The notes beneath the pieces were generated by a model, which worked only from the letters and a program-made list of their open reading frames with translations, did no database searches and was not told the DNA's origin. A DNA stretch of 62,510 nucleotides, counting the filler, from Nitrospinota bacterium (GTDB lineage: Bacteria > JAUXIQ01), in assembly GCA_030620925.1 (NCBI GenBank). It is 7 parts of 7 records of this genome, joined end to end, with 100 filler letters (N's around TTAATTAATTAA, not from the genome) between each part and the next. Parts side by side here need not be neighbours in the genome. Positions count along the whole stretch, not along the records: positions 31,686 to 44,509 come from JAUXIQ010000017.1; positions 44,610 to 52,936 come from JAUXIQ010000070.1; 5 more parts are not named here. The stretch is one strand, 5' to 3'. This document shows positions 39,371-48,383 of this stretch, piece after piece. Made by a program: the position numbers and the translations under genes. Position 1 is the stretch's first letter, and the number at the start of each line of letters is the position of its first letter.

Positions 39371-40165
39371 TCAGCCTTCTTTCGCTGTTCCTTTGTATAC
39401 TTGAACTATCTCCGCCAGTATGCTCACCGCTATCTCTTCAGGGGTTTCGGCCCCGATGTCCAGCCCGATGGGCGCGTGCACCCGCTTGAACTCCCCCTCC
39501 GGGACGCCTTCTTCTTTAAGGCTCTTATAGATCGTATTGATCTTTCGCTTGCTGCCTATCATTCCGATGTATCGTGCATCCGTTCCCAGCGCCCATTTGA
39601 GAACATGCTGATCGTGCAGGTGCCCGCGGGTGACGATGACGATGTAAGAGTTGTCGCCGGATTCCAATTGAGAAAAAGCTTCATCGAAACTTTCCCCGTA
39701 TATGGCATCAGCCTCGGGGAACCTCTCTCTGTTTGCGAAGGTGGGCCTGTCATCCACCACCGTCACTTTGAATCCGGCTATCCCAGCCATTCTGGAGAGT
39801 GGCTGAGCGATGTGTCCCGCGCCGAAGATATTGACGGCGGGTGGGGCTTTAATCGGCTCGATGAACACGTCAAGCACTCCTCCGCAAATCAGGCCGCTCT
39901 CCGCCATCTCCTTCTCGGTGAGCTTGAAGTTGGCTATCCTGGGGGTACCCTCCTTGATGGCGTTCATGGCTTCCTGCCAGACTTCACCATCCACGCAGCC
40001 ACCGCCTATCGAGCCTACCGTGGTGCCGTCCTCACGGACCAGCATCTTTGCGGTGTCCTTGCGGGGAGCCGCGCCTTTCCTCGAAATGATGGTGGCCAGC
40101 GCCCCTGTTCCACCGGAGTGGCGGATGCGCACTATCTCTTCGTAGATATCCTCAGGCTTTTCCAT
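39371..40165 (-). CDS. xdhC: XdhC/CoxI-family Moco maturation chaperone
   Basis: GSIGGGC, GLICGG, FGAGHIA, YIGMIGSKRK, APIGLDIGAETPEEIAVSI. Confidence 0.93.
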   Translation of the reverse strand: MEKPEDIYEEIVRIRHSGGTGALATIISRKGAAPRKDTAKMLVREDGTTVGSIGGGCVDGEVWQEAMNAIKEGTPRIANFKLTEKEMAESGLICGGVLDVFIEPIKAPPAVNIFGAGHIAQPLSRMAGIAGFKVTVVDDRPTFANRERFPEADAIYGESFDEAFSQLESGDNSYIVIVTRGHLHDQHVLKWALGTDARYIGMIGSKRKINTIYKSLKEEGVPEGEFKRVHAPIGLDIGAETPEEIAVSILAEIVQVYKGTAKEG

Positions 40166-40242
40166 GATCGACTCTCGTGAAAAATATTATCATAGACCGG
40201 AAATTTTCAGTAAGCTTTTTCACCGTGTAAATGCACGAACCA

Positions 40243-40725
40243 CTAGCCCGCAGCCGCGGCCAGTATGCTCTTGACTATCTTGTCGTAACCCGTGCAGCGG
40301 CACAGGTTCCCCGCTATAGCCACCCTGACCTCCTGTTCGGTGGGCCTGGGATTATTCTCAAGGAAGGTTTTGGCGGAGAGGATCATACCCGGCGTGCAGA
40401 AGCCGCACTGAATGGCCCCGTTTTCGATGAACGCCTGCTGGAGGGGATGCAGGTTATCGCCGTCGGCCACTCCCTCGATGGTCAGCACCTCTTTTCGGTC
40501 CGCCTCTACGGCAAGCATCAGGCAAGCGTTTACAGCACTCCCATCCACCACTACAGTGCAGGCTCCGCAGTCTCCCTCGCCGCATCCCTCTTTAGTGCCG
40601 GTGAGGTTTAATTCGTTTCTTATGAAGTCCAGGAGGGTCATCCTGGGTTCTACTTCCCTCTCATGGGTCTCGCCGTTGACTTCCAGCTTTATGGGAACCT
40701 TCGACACTTTAATTATCCTCCACAA
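40243..40725 (-). CDS. 2x[2Fe-2S] small subunit of a molybdenum hydroxylase (CoxS-like)
   Basis: GTKEGCGEGDCGACTV, QCGFCTPG, GNLCRCTGY. Confidence 0.96.
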   Translation of the reverse strand: MWRIIKVSKVPIKLEVNGETHEREVEPRMTLLDFIRNELNLTGTKEGCGEGDCGACTVVVDGSAVNACLMLAVEADRKEVLTIEGVADGDNLHPLQQAFIENGAIQCGFCTPGMILSAKTFLENNPRPTEQEVRVAIAGNLCRCTGYDKIVKSILAAAAG

Positions 40726-40746
40726 AAGGACTTGCCTCTGCTTTAA

Positions 40747-41622
40747 CTACGAGGACGACGCTGCTTCATAGGCCATTGCAAGCGCCCGCCTGGTAAGGAC
40801 GTCGGCCATCTCTTTCCTGTATTTTGCCGAACACCGCACGTCGGATATGGGCTTGGTGGCTCTGGATGCGGCTTTGCCCGCTTCAACAAGGACTTTGTCT
40901 TCCAGGGTTGAGCCTATCACCAACTCCTCAGCCTTGCCCGCTCTTATAATAGTAGGCGCCACCGAGCCGAGAGCGATGCGGGCGTCTTTGACCTTCCCGT
41001 TCTTCCCGTCGAGAGTTACCACCGCGGCCACGTTCACCAGAGCGATCTCCATGGCCCGTCTCACACCCAGCTTTATGAACGCTCCTCCGGAGCGCGTTTT
41101 CATGGCCGGGGCCTCCACCTGCACGAGCAATTCGTCAGGCTTCAGGGCAGTGGAGCCGGGGCCGGTGAATCACTGTTCGAGATTCACCGCCCTTTCCCTG
41201 CGCGGGCCGCGGACGCGGGCTACCGCTCCCATAGCGATGAGGGGTGGAACGGTATCGGCTGCGGGGGAGGCGTTACACAGGTTGCCGCCCAGGGTAGCCC
41301 TGTTGCGCACCTGCACCGAGCCTACCTCTCCTGCGGCCTGGGCCAGGAAAGAAAAATTTTCTCTAACCGCAACGGAAGTGTGGATGTCCGTAAGCGTAGC
41401 GAGGGCCCCTATTCGAAGGCCGTTTCGCTTGCTGTAGTTTATTCTGTTCAGGCCCTTGATGCGCTTGAGGTCGATAACAACCTTCGGGCTGAGTGTCTTG
41501 AGTTTCATGTTCCCCACGAGGTCCGTTCCCCCCGCCAACAGCTTCGCCTCGTTTTTCGACTTGCGAAGAAGGGAGAACACTTCTTCTATGGTACCGGGGC
41601 TGTAATAGTCGAATGGTCTCAA
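40747..41622 (-). pseudogene. FAD-binding medium subunit (CoxM-like) interrupted by one in-frame TGA at 41170-41172
   Basis: ORF-track pieces 41170-41622 and 40747-41130 share a frame; read-through gives 291 aa: LAGGTDL, RNRATLGGN, SPAAD, AVNLEQ*FTGPGSTALKPDELL, RIALGSVAP, PISDVR. Confidence 0.85.
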
Positions 41623-41840
41623 CTCATTCCCCCCCTAAATTAAGCAAGAACTAAAAATTACAACACCGTCATCGTTAATCCTTTAACAGTCTATTGCCTA
41701 ACAGAAATACTCCGTCAAGTCAAGTCGATTGTTTGACTGACCTCACTTCGCGAGAGTCCCCACAGTAAAACGTATCCAGCGGATTTCCCTCGCTGAATAC
41801 AGCAAGAACAATTAATGTTGTCGGGCCAACTAGAAAATTA

Positions 41841-41869
41841 TTGACACTTTTGCTGAACTGTTCTATAAA
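41841..41869 (+). promoter_or_regulatory. Putative sigma70 promoter of the first binding-protein paralogue
   Basis: TTGACA-17 nt-TATAAA in an AT-rich intergenic region. Confidence 0.6.
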
Positions 41870-42056
41870 ACGTATGCAAAATTTATGGTAGCTGTTCTAA
41901 TAAATAAAAAAATTTTATCTAACCGAAGTATTTACTGACTTTAAAAGGCGAAGAAGGGGGGTGGATAATAGAGGTAAATTTTACTTTTATAAAATAATTA
42001 TGCGGTTAAATTAATGATGCCATCTATACGATGCATCGTTGAGGGGAGGGTAAGTA

Positions 42057-43356
42057 ATGTTAAAAAGAATTTTGCTTGCCGCATTGAGTGGTGGGAGTGT
42101 TCGCTCTGGCTCTCGCAACGGGGAACGCAAGCGCCAAGCAGGAAGTGGGCGTTACAGATACGACTATCCTGGTTGGTTCTTCCGCCGGCCTTTCGGGCCC
42201 TATTGCTAACTGGGGAAACAACCTATCCCGTTTCGCGCCCCAGGCGGTCTTCAACGAGGTGAACGCGGCCGGGGGTATTCACGGACGGCAGATATTATAT
42301 AAAGTTTACGATGATGGTTACAAGCCCGACCGGGCCATGGCCAACGTCAAGAAGCTTATCGAGAGGGACCGGGTCTTCGTTATGTTCGCTCAGATGGGCA
42401 CTCCGACCAACAAAGCCACCTACAAGTATGTGACCGAGGTGAAAAAGGTCCCCCTGATATTTCCCGCTACCGGGGCCCATATCTGGGGCGACCCTTACAA
42501 GAAATACATCTTCCCGGCGCCTAACGACTACTGGCAGGAAGCCTGGATAATAATAGACTATTTCATCCACACCAGGGGATATACTAAAATCGGCTCCTTT
42601 TACCAGGATGATGATTACGGGCGCGACGTCCATGAGCCTGCCAAGAAAAGGGTTGAGATGCATGGCCTGAAGCTGGTGGGCGAAGAGGTATACAAGAGCG
42701 GCCAGGTGGACGTGAGCTCCCAGGTGACCAAGCTGAGGCAGGCAGGCGCCGAGGGAGTGATACTGGGGACGGTCTTCATCTCCGGCTCGCAGTTCCTTCG
42801 TGAAGCCAGGAAGATGGGCTGGAATGTCCAGGCGGGTGGCATTTCTCCCACGGGATCACAAAAGATGATAGACCTCTCCGGCTCGAGCGCGCCGGGGTTC
42901 GTGAACACCGTGCCTTTCCCGAACATGGAGCTCAGCCAAGTGCCCGGTATAATAGAGTACCGGAGAGTAATCAGCAAATACTACCCGAAAGCTCCTTTCG
43001 ATGATACAACCGCGTGGGGCTATTTGGGCGCTAAGATACTTGTCCACATGCTGGAGCTCACCGGAAGGGACCTCACCAGGGAAAACTTGATCAAGGCCGC
43101 TGAGACCAAGTTCAAGAACTGGGACTCGGGCATAGTCCCGGCCCTCTCCTATAGCGAAACGAGCCACGCTGCGGCCATATCCAGGTATCTGGCGGTGGTC
43201 CGGAAACTGCCCGACGGCAATATGAGGTACGTCCCCACTGGGCCGGATATGGAAAAGGGAATCGAGGCCACGCCGCAGTGGTTGAAATCATGGGGCAAGA
43301 CCCCGGCGGAAACCAAGGCAGAATTCCAGGCAATAAGGAAATTCCCTCAGAAATAA
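42057..43356 (+). pseudogene. LivJ-type ABC substrate-binding protein with a 1-nt frameshift in the signal-peptide region
   Basis: GAGGGGAGGG RBS, ATG 42057 MLKRILLAAL, extra A at 42087, then VVGVFALAL...; aligns to paralogue MMKKILLIALLVGVFALAF. The rest of the frame (42088-43356) is intact. Confidence 0.75.
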
Positions 43357-43375
43357 CAAGGAAAGTAGACCAGCT

Positions 43376-43410
43376 AAACCCTCTGCCCCGCAAAGGGGCA
43401 GGGGGTTTTT
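43376..43410 (+). terminator. Intrinsic terminator
   Basis: AAACCCTCTGCCCC-GCAAA-GGGGCAGGGGGTTT-TT. Confidence 0.85.
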
Positions 43411-43798
43411 ATTTAACTATTAATACGATCATTCTCTATTAAGAGACTACCGCCCCTCAATCAGTTCTCACCCCTTTGCCGTGTGGCCAACCTTAAAGAA
43501 TCTATTTTACCGGTAAATCGCCTTTGCAATTATTAAAGAATAATATAAGATTGCCTCACGTCTAAAGATAAGTTGACACTAAATGCATAATTATTTTATA
43601 AATAATAGTCGCTTTAACGTTTTTGTAATTGTAATATCGCATGAGTTTTGTTATAAGCATAATCGGAATAATTCGATTTAAGTATATACTTCTTTCAGAC
43701 AATTAGGAAGGGAGGTGAAAGAACAATTCAAATATTCTGATATAACCATAATGTGACTACACGATCAGTATTAAGCAGAAATTTAAAGGGGAGAAACG

Positions 43799-44509
43799 AT
43801 GATGAAAAAGATTCTGCTCATTGCTCTACTGGTAGGAGTGTTCGCTCTGGCTTTTGCTCCGGGGAATGCAAATGCCAAGAAGGAAGTGGGCGTTACGGAT
43901 ACCAGCATACTCATTGGTTCCTCCGCCGGTCTATCCGGCCCCATCGCTAATTGGGGCAACAACTTATCCCGCTTCGCGCCCCAGGCCTACTTCAACATGG
44001 TCAATGAAAAGGGGGGCATCCATGGGCGACAGATTAAATATATAGTCTACGATGACGGGTACAAACCCGACCGGGCCATGGCAAACGTCAAGAAGCTCAT
44101 CGAGAGGGACCGTGTATTCTGCTTGCTCCTGCAGATGGGCACCCCCAACAACATGGCCACCTACAAGTACGTGACGCAAGTGAAAAAAGTCCCCCTCATG
44201 TTTCCCGCCACCGGCGCACACATCTGGGCGGAACCCTTTAAGAAGTATATTTATGCCCTTTCACCCACCTATCATCAGCAGGCATATCTGATAACCGACT
44301 ATCTGGTCATCACCCGTGGTATCAAGAAAATAGGAAATTTTTTCCAGGACGACGACTACGGGTATGATGTGCGCAACCCCACCGTGGCAAGGCTCAAACA
44401 GCATGGGCTCAAGGTTTTCGGTGAAGAGAAATACAAGAGTGGCCAGGTGGACGTCAGCGCCCAGGTGAGCAAGCTCAGGCAGGCGGGGGCCGAAGCTGTG
44501 GTCCTGGGG
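43799..44509 (+). CDS. LivJ-type ABC substrate-binding protein, paralogue of 42057-43356, truncated by the contig end
   Basis: Signal peptide; shares GSSAGLSGPIANWGNNLSRFAPQA and YDDGYKPDRAMANVKKLIERDRVF with the upstream copy. Confidence 0.9.
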
Positions 44510-44609
44510 NNNNNNNNNNNNNNNNNNNNNNNNNNNNNNNNNNNNNNNNNNNNTTAATTAATTAANNNNNNNNNNNNNNNNNNNNNNNNNNNNNNNNNNN
44601 NNNNNNNNN
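44510..44609. other. Artificial contig linker
   Basis: N-run + TTAATTAATTAA + N-run. Confidence 0.99.
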
Positions 44610-44701
44610 GCAATGATGTATGATAACATCTGTTTCCGTTTTTATTGTTATGCCGCGGTAATGCGATCCGTACCTTACGTCATATAAAATGGGAGGGGAT
44701 C

Positions 44702-45943
44702 ATGTCTCAGGTTTATGCGCTGGTCAACTGTAACTTGATAGACTGCACCGACGGTGAGCCCAGGGAGAACGCTTTCGTAGTAGTGGAGGACGACAGAATT
44801 AAAGAGGTGGGGGACGGCGCTCCCGGTGAACTCCCCAAGGAGACGATTTCCCTGGACCTCAAGGGCAAAACCCTCCTTCCCGGTCTCATCGACGCCCACA
44901 TCCACGCCTGCCTGATAGAAGCCGATCCGCATAAGGCTTTCGCCGACCCAGGCGCCATGTTCGCCTACCGGGTGGGCCGGATACTGGAAGAGACGCTGCA
45001 GATGGGGTTCACCACCGTGCGCGACGCCGGCATGGCCGACATTGGCTTCAAGATGGCCGTGGAGCAGGGCTACATAAAAGGGCCCCGCCTGCTTATATGC
45101 AACAGCATGATCTCGCAGACCGGCGGCCACGGGGATTTCCGCCGCCGCATGGACCCCCGCCCGCCTTTCTCTCCCCACGGAGTCTGCTCCATGCCCGCCA
45201 TCTGCGATGGAGCGGACGAGGTGCGCAGGGCGGCAAGGGAACAGCTGCGCAACGGGGCGGATCACGTTAAGGTCATGGCCGCGGGGGGCGGGATGTCGCC
45301 TACGGACCATCTGGATACCACCCAATATACGGTGGAAGAGCTGAGGGCGGCTGTGGAAGAAGCTCAGGCGGTGGGGACATACACAATGGCCCATACCTAT
45401 TCCTCGGCCAGCATCAAGAACTGTATGGAGGCGGGGATAAGAACGGTGGAGCACGGCAACCTCCTGGATGAAGAAGCCGCCCGGATGATAAAAGAAGCGG
45501 ATGCTTACCTGGTTCCCACCATGGTGACTTACGAGACGATGGTGAGTCAGGGAGCGCAATACGGCGTCCCGGAGTTCAACATCTACAAGATGAACATCGC
45601 CCGCGAGCGCAGCATAGAAGCCCTTCAGATAGCCCATGACGCGGGGGTGAAGATAGGCTCCGGCTCGGACCTGCTGGGCCCGCTTCAGAAATATAAAGCC
45701 CGTGAGCTGGTGCTTAAAACGGAGGTGATGACACCGAAAGAGAGCCTCCTTTCCGCCACCAGGGTCAACGCTGAGATACTGATGATGGAAGAAGAGATAG
45801 GCACCGTTGAGCAGGGCAAGCTGGCGGACCTCCTGGTGATCGAGGGGGACCCGCTGCAGGACATTTCCATTATCGAGAACATGGATAATATCAGGCTCAT
45901 CATGAAGGGCGGCGAGCTGTATAAAAACCTTGACTGGAGCTGA
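44702..45943 (+). CDS. Metal-dependent amidohydrolase (Xaa-Pro dipeptidase-like subgroup)
   Basis: PGLIDAHIH, GFTTVRDAG, QTGGHGD, VEHG, GSD, GKLADLL; ATG 44702 follows GGGAGGGG. Confidence 0.92.
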   Translation: MSQVYALVNCNLIDCTDGEPRENAFVVVEDDRIKEVGDGAPGELPKETISLDLKGKTLLPGLIDAHIHACLIEADPHKAFADPGAMFAYRVGRILEETLQMGFTTVRDAGMADIGFKMAVEQGYIKGPRLLICNSMISQTGGHGDFRRRMDPRPPFSPHGVCSMPAICDGADEVRRAAREQLRNGADHVKVMAAGGGMSPTDHLDTTQYTVEELRAAVEEAQAVGTYTMAHTYSSASIKNCMEAGIRTVEHGNLLDEEAARMIKEADAYLVPTMVTYETMVSQGAQYGVPEFNIYKMNIARERSIEALQIAHDAGVKIGSGSDLLGPLQKYKARELVLKTEVMTPKESLLSATRVNAEILMMEEEIGTVEQGKLADLLVIEGDPLQDISIIENMDNIRLIMKGGELYKNLDWS

Positions 45944-46017
45944 AAACGAACTAATCTTTTAAAGTAATGCTTTCCCTGGCTATCCCGGAACTAAAAACTC
46001 AGAGAGAGATGCGATAA

Positions 46018-46695
46018 TTGAAACTGAAAATAATCGCCTGCGAGGTTTTTAAAGACGAGCTGGATCACATATGCGACGACGGTCTGGAGTGCGTCTACCT
46101 GCCCCAGGGCTACCATCGCACCCCGGAGAAGATGCCCGCCAAGATACAGGAGGAGGTGGACAGGCTGGACGGCAGCGCGGACTACCTTGCGCTGGGTTAC
46201 GGCCTGTGCAGCAACGGCGTAGTGGGCGTCAAGGCAAGAAAGACGCCCCTGGTCGTGCCCCGCACCCACGACTGTATCGCGCTCCTGCTGGGCTCCAGGG
46301 AAGCATACGACAGGGAGTTCTCCCAGCATCCGGGCACCTACTATCTCACCCCCGGGTGGATAGAGTACGGGCAGAACCCATATTCGGAATACCTGGAGAA
46401 CTGGATCGAAGAATACGGTGAAGAGACGGCCAAGTGGTTGGCGGTGGAGTTTCTGAAGAACTACACCCGCATCTCGTACATAGAAAACGGCATCACCGAC
46501 CAGGAGAAATTCCGTGACTTTGCGAAGGAGATGGCAGAGTTCTACGGCTTCAGCTATTCGGAGATCGAAGGCAATCTTGAATATTTGCTCAGGCTATTAA
46601 ACGGAAGCTGGGACTCCGATTTCCTGGTCATCCAGCCCGGAGATACGATAGGGCAGGGCGAATTCCTGATAGAAAGCACCATCCCCCTGCTCTAA
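46018..46695 (+). CDS. DUF1638-family protein
   Basis: IIACEVF, GYHRTP, LGYGLCSNG, HDCIALLLGS, GTYYLTPGW. Confidence 0.85.
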   Translation: MKLKIIACEVFKDELDHICDDGLECVYLPQGYHRTPEKMPAKIQEEVDRLDGSADYLALGYGLCSNGVVGVKARKTPLVVPRTHDCIALLLGSREAYDREFSQHPGTYYLTPGWIEYGQNPYSEYLENWIEEYGEETAKWLAVEFLKNYTRISYIENGITDQEKFRDFAKEMAEFYGFSYSEIEGNLEYLLRLLNGSWDSDFLVIQPGDTIGQGEFLIESTIPLL

Positions 46696-46735
46696 TCCAA
46701 GGAGAGGGCCTCGCCTCAAATTTTAATATCCGCTT

Positions 46736-47191
46736 TCAGGCAGGCGGATTTTTTTTGGGAACCAGCACCCGGCGTCGAAGCGTCAGCACCTGTTCGCCGT
46801 TCTGGTTATGTGCCTTGGTCTCCACGTAGACAATTCCGCGGTCCGGCTTCGACGAGGACTCCTTCTTTTCCAGCACTTCGGTTTCGGAGTAGATGGTGTC
46901 GCCGTTGAACACCGGCCTCACGTGATCCACGTTCTCGTACATGAGATTGGCGATGGCTTTCTGGCTCACGTCGCTCACGCTCATGCCCACGGCGATGGAG
47001 AAGACCAGTGTCCCGTTAACCACCCGCCGTCCGAACTGGGTCTTGCTGGCGTAGTCTTCGTTGAAATGCAGGGGATGGGTGTTCATGGTCATGAGGGTGA
47101 ACATGGTGTTGTCCATCTCGGTTATGGTGCGCCCCGGTTCATGCTTGTACACGTCTCCCACCTGAAAATCTTCGAAGTATCGTCCGCTCAT
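46736..47191 (-). CDS. MaoC-family (hot-dog) acyl-CoA dehydratase
   Basis: GRYFEDF.VG, GRTITEMDN, MNTHPLH, PVFNGDTI. Confidence 0.92.
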   Translation of the reverse strand: MSGRYFEDFQVGDVYKHEPGRTITEMDNTMFTLMTMNTHPLHFNEDYASKTQFGRRVVNGTLVFSIAVGMSVSDVSQKAIANLMYENVDHVRPVFNGDTIYSETEVLEKKESSSKPDRGIVYVETKAHNQNGEQVLTLRRRVLVPKKNPPA

Positions 47192-47205
47192 TTCATACCT
47201 CCCGG

Positions 47206-48363
47206 TTATATTTTGTATTTTTCGAGGAGCCGCCTGGCTATGACCATTTTCTGAATTTCGCTGGTCCCTTCTCCCACTGGGAAGAGACAGGCGTCCCTCA
47301 GGTAGCGCTCCACTGAGAACTCCTGCGTGTAGCCGTAGCCGCCGTGTATCTGTATACCTTCAAGGGAAGCCTTCACGCTCAGCTCTGATGTGAACAGCTT
47401 GGCCATCCCCGCTTCCAGGTCGCAGCGCTCGCCGCGGTTCTTCTTGTCGGCGGCCATCAAGGTGAGCAGACGGCCGGCCTCTATCCCGGTGGCCATTTCC
47501 GCCAGCTTGTGCTGAATGGCCTGGAACTGGCAGATGGGCTGGCCGAACTGGTGCCTCTGCTGTGCGTATTTGATGGAGTCTTCGAAGGCCGCCCTGGCCA
47601 CGCCAACGGCCCTTGCGGCCACGTTGATGCGCCCCACCTCCAGTCCGTTCAAGACGTATTTGAGCCCCTGCCCCTCCTTGTCTCCGATGAGGTTGTCTTT
47701 GGGGATTCGGCAATCCTCGAAGACCAGCTCGCAGGTGCGCAGCCCCTTGTATCCCAGCTTCTCTATCTTGCGGCCGACGGTGAAGCCGGGGGTCTCCTTG
47801 TCCACTATGAAAGCGCTTATGCCCCGGTGCTGGGGTTGAATCTGGGTGTCCGTCTTGGCCAGCACGGCGAAGGTGTTGCCCCGCTCGGCGTTGGTGATGA
47901 ACATTTTGTTGCCGTTTATCACGTAGTCGTCCCCGTCCCGTTTGGCGGTGCTCTTCATGCTGGCGGTGTCCGAGCCGGCTTCCGCCTCGGTGAGACCCAG
48001 TGAGCCCCTTCGCTCTCCGCTGGAAATGTCGGGGAGGTACTTCTGCTTCTGCTCTTCTGTGCCGTAGTTGGCGATCATGTAACCCACCATAAGATGTGAG
48101 TTGAGGATACCGGCTATGCTCATCCAACCCCGTGAGATTTCCTCTATTACCAGGGCATAGCTCACGTAGTCCATCCCCATTCCCCCATACTCGGGGGGCA
48201 GGATGATTCCGAACAGGCCAAGCTCGGCCATCTTGTCCGCCACTTCAGCGGGGTATTTGTCCTCGTGGTCGAATTCGTCTGCTATGGGTATGATCTCCTT
48301 TTCGGTGAAGCGCCGGGCCATCATCTGTGCGGCTTGCTGTTCATCGGTGAAGGTAAAATCCAT
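47206..48363 (-). CDS. Acyl-CoA dehydrogenase
   Basis: LTEAEAGSD, NGNKMFITN, GRINVAAR, QIHGGYGY, GEGTSEIQ. Confidence 0.96.
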   Translation of the reverse strand: MDFTFTDEQQAAQMMARRFTEKEIIPIADEFDHEDKYPAEVADKMAELGLFGIILPPEYGGMGMDYVSYALVIEEISRGWMSIAGILNSHLMVGYMIANYGTEEQKQKYLPDISSGERRGSLGLTEAEAGSDTASMKSTAKRDGDDYVINGNKMFITNAERGNTFAVLAKTDTQIQPQHRGISAFIVDKETPGFTVGRKIEKLGYKGLRTCELVFEDCRIPKDNLIGDKEGQGLKYVLNGLEVGRINVAARAVGVARAAFEDSIKYAQQRHQFGQPICQFQAIQHKLAEMATGIEAGRLLTLMAADKKNRGERCDLEAGMAKLFTSELSVKASLEGIQIHGGYGYTQEFSVERYLRDACLFPVGEGTSEIQKMVIARRLLEKYKI

Positions 48364-48383
48364 CTATCTTTCCTCCTGCGTTG

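Noticed and set aside
41170-41172. Genome-wide TGA reassignment
   Set aside because: Many conserved genes here (dapA, guaA, guaB, panB, xdhC) end at TGA at their expected C-termini.
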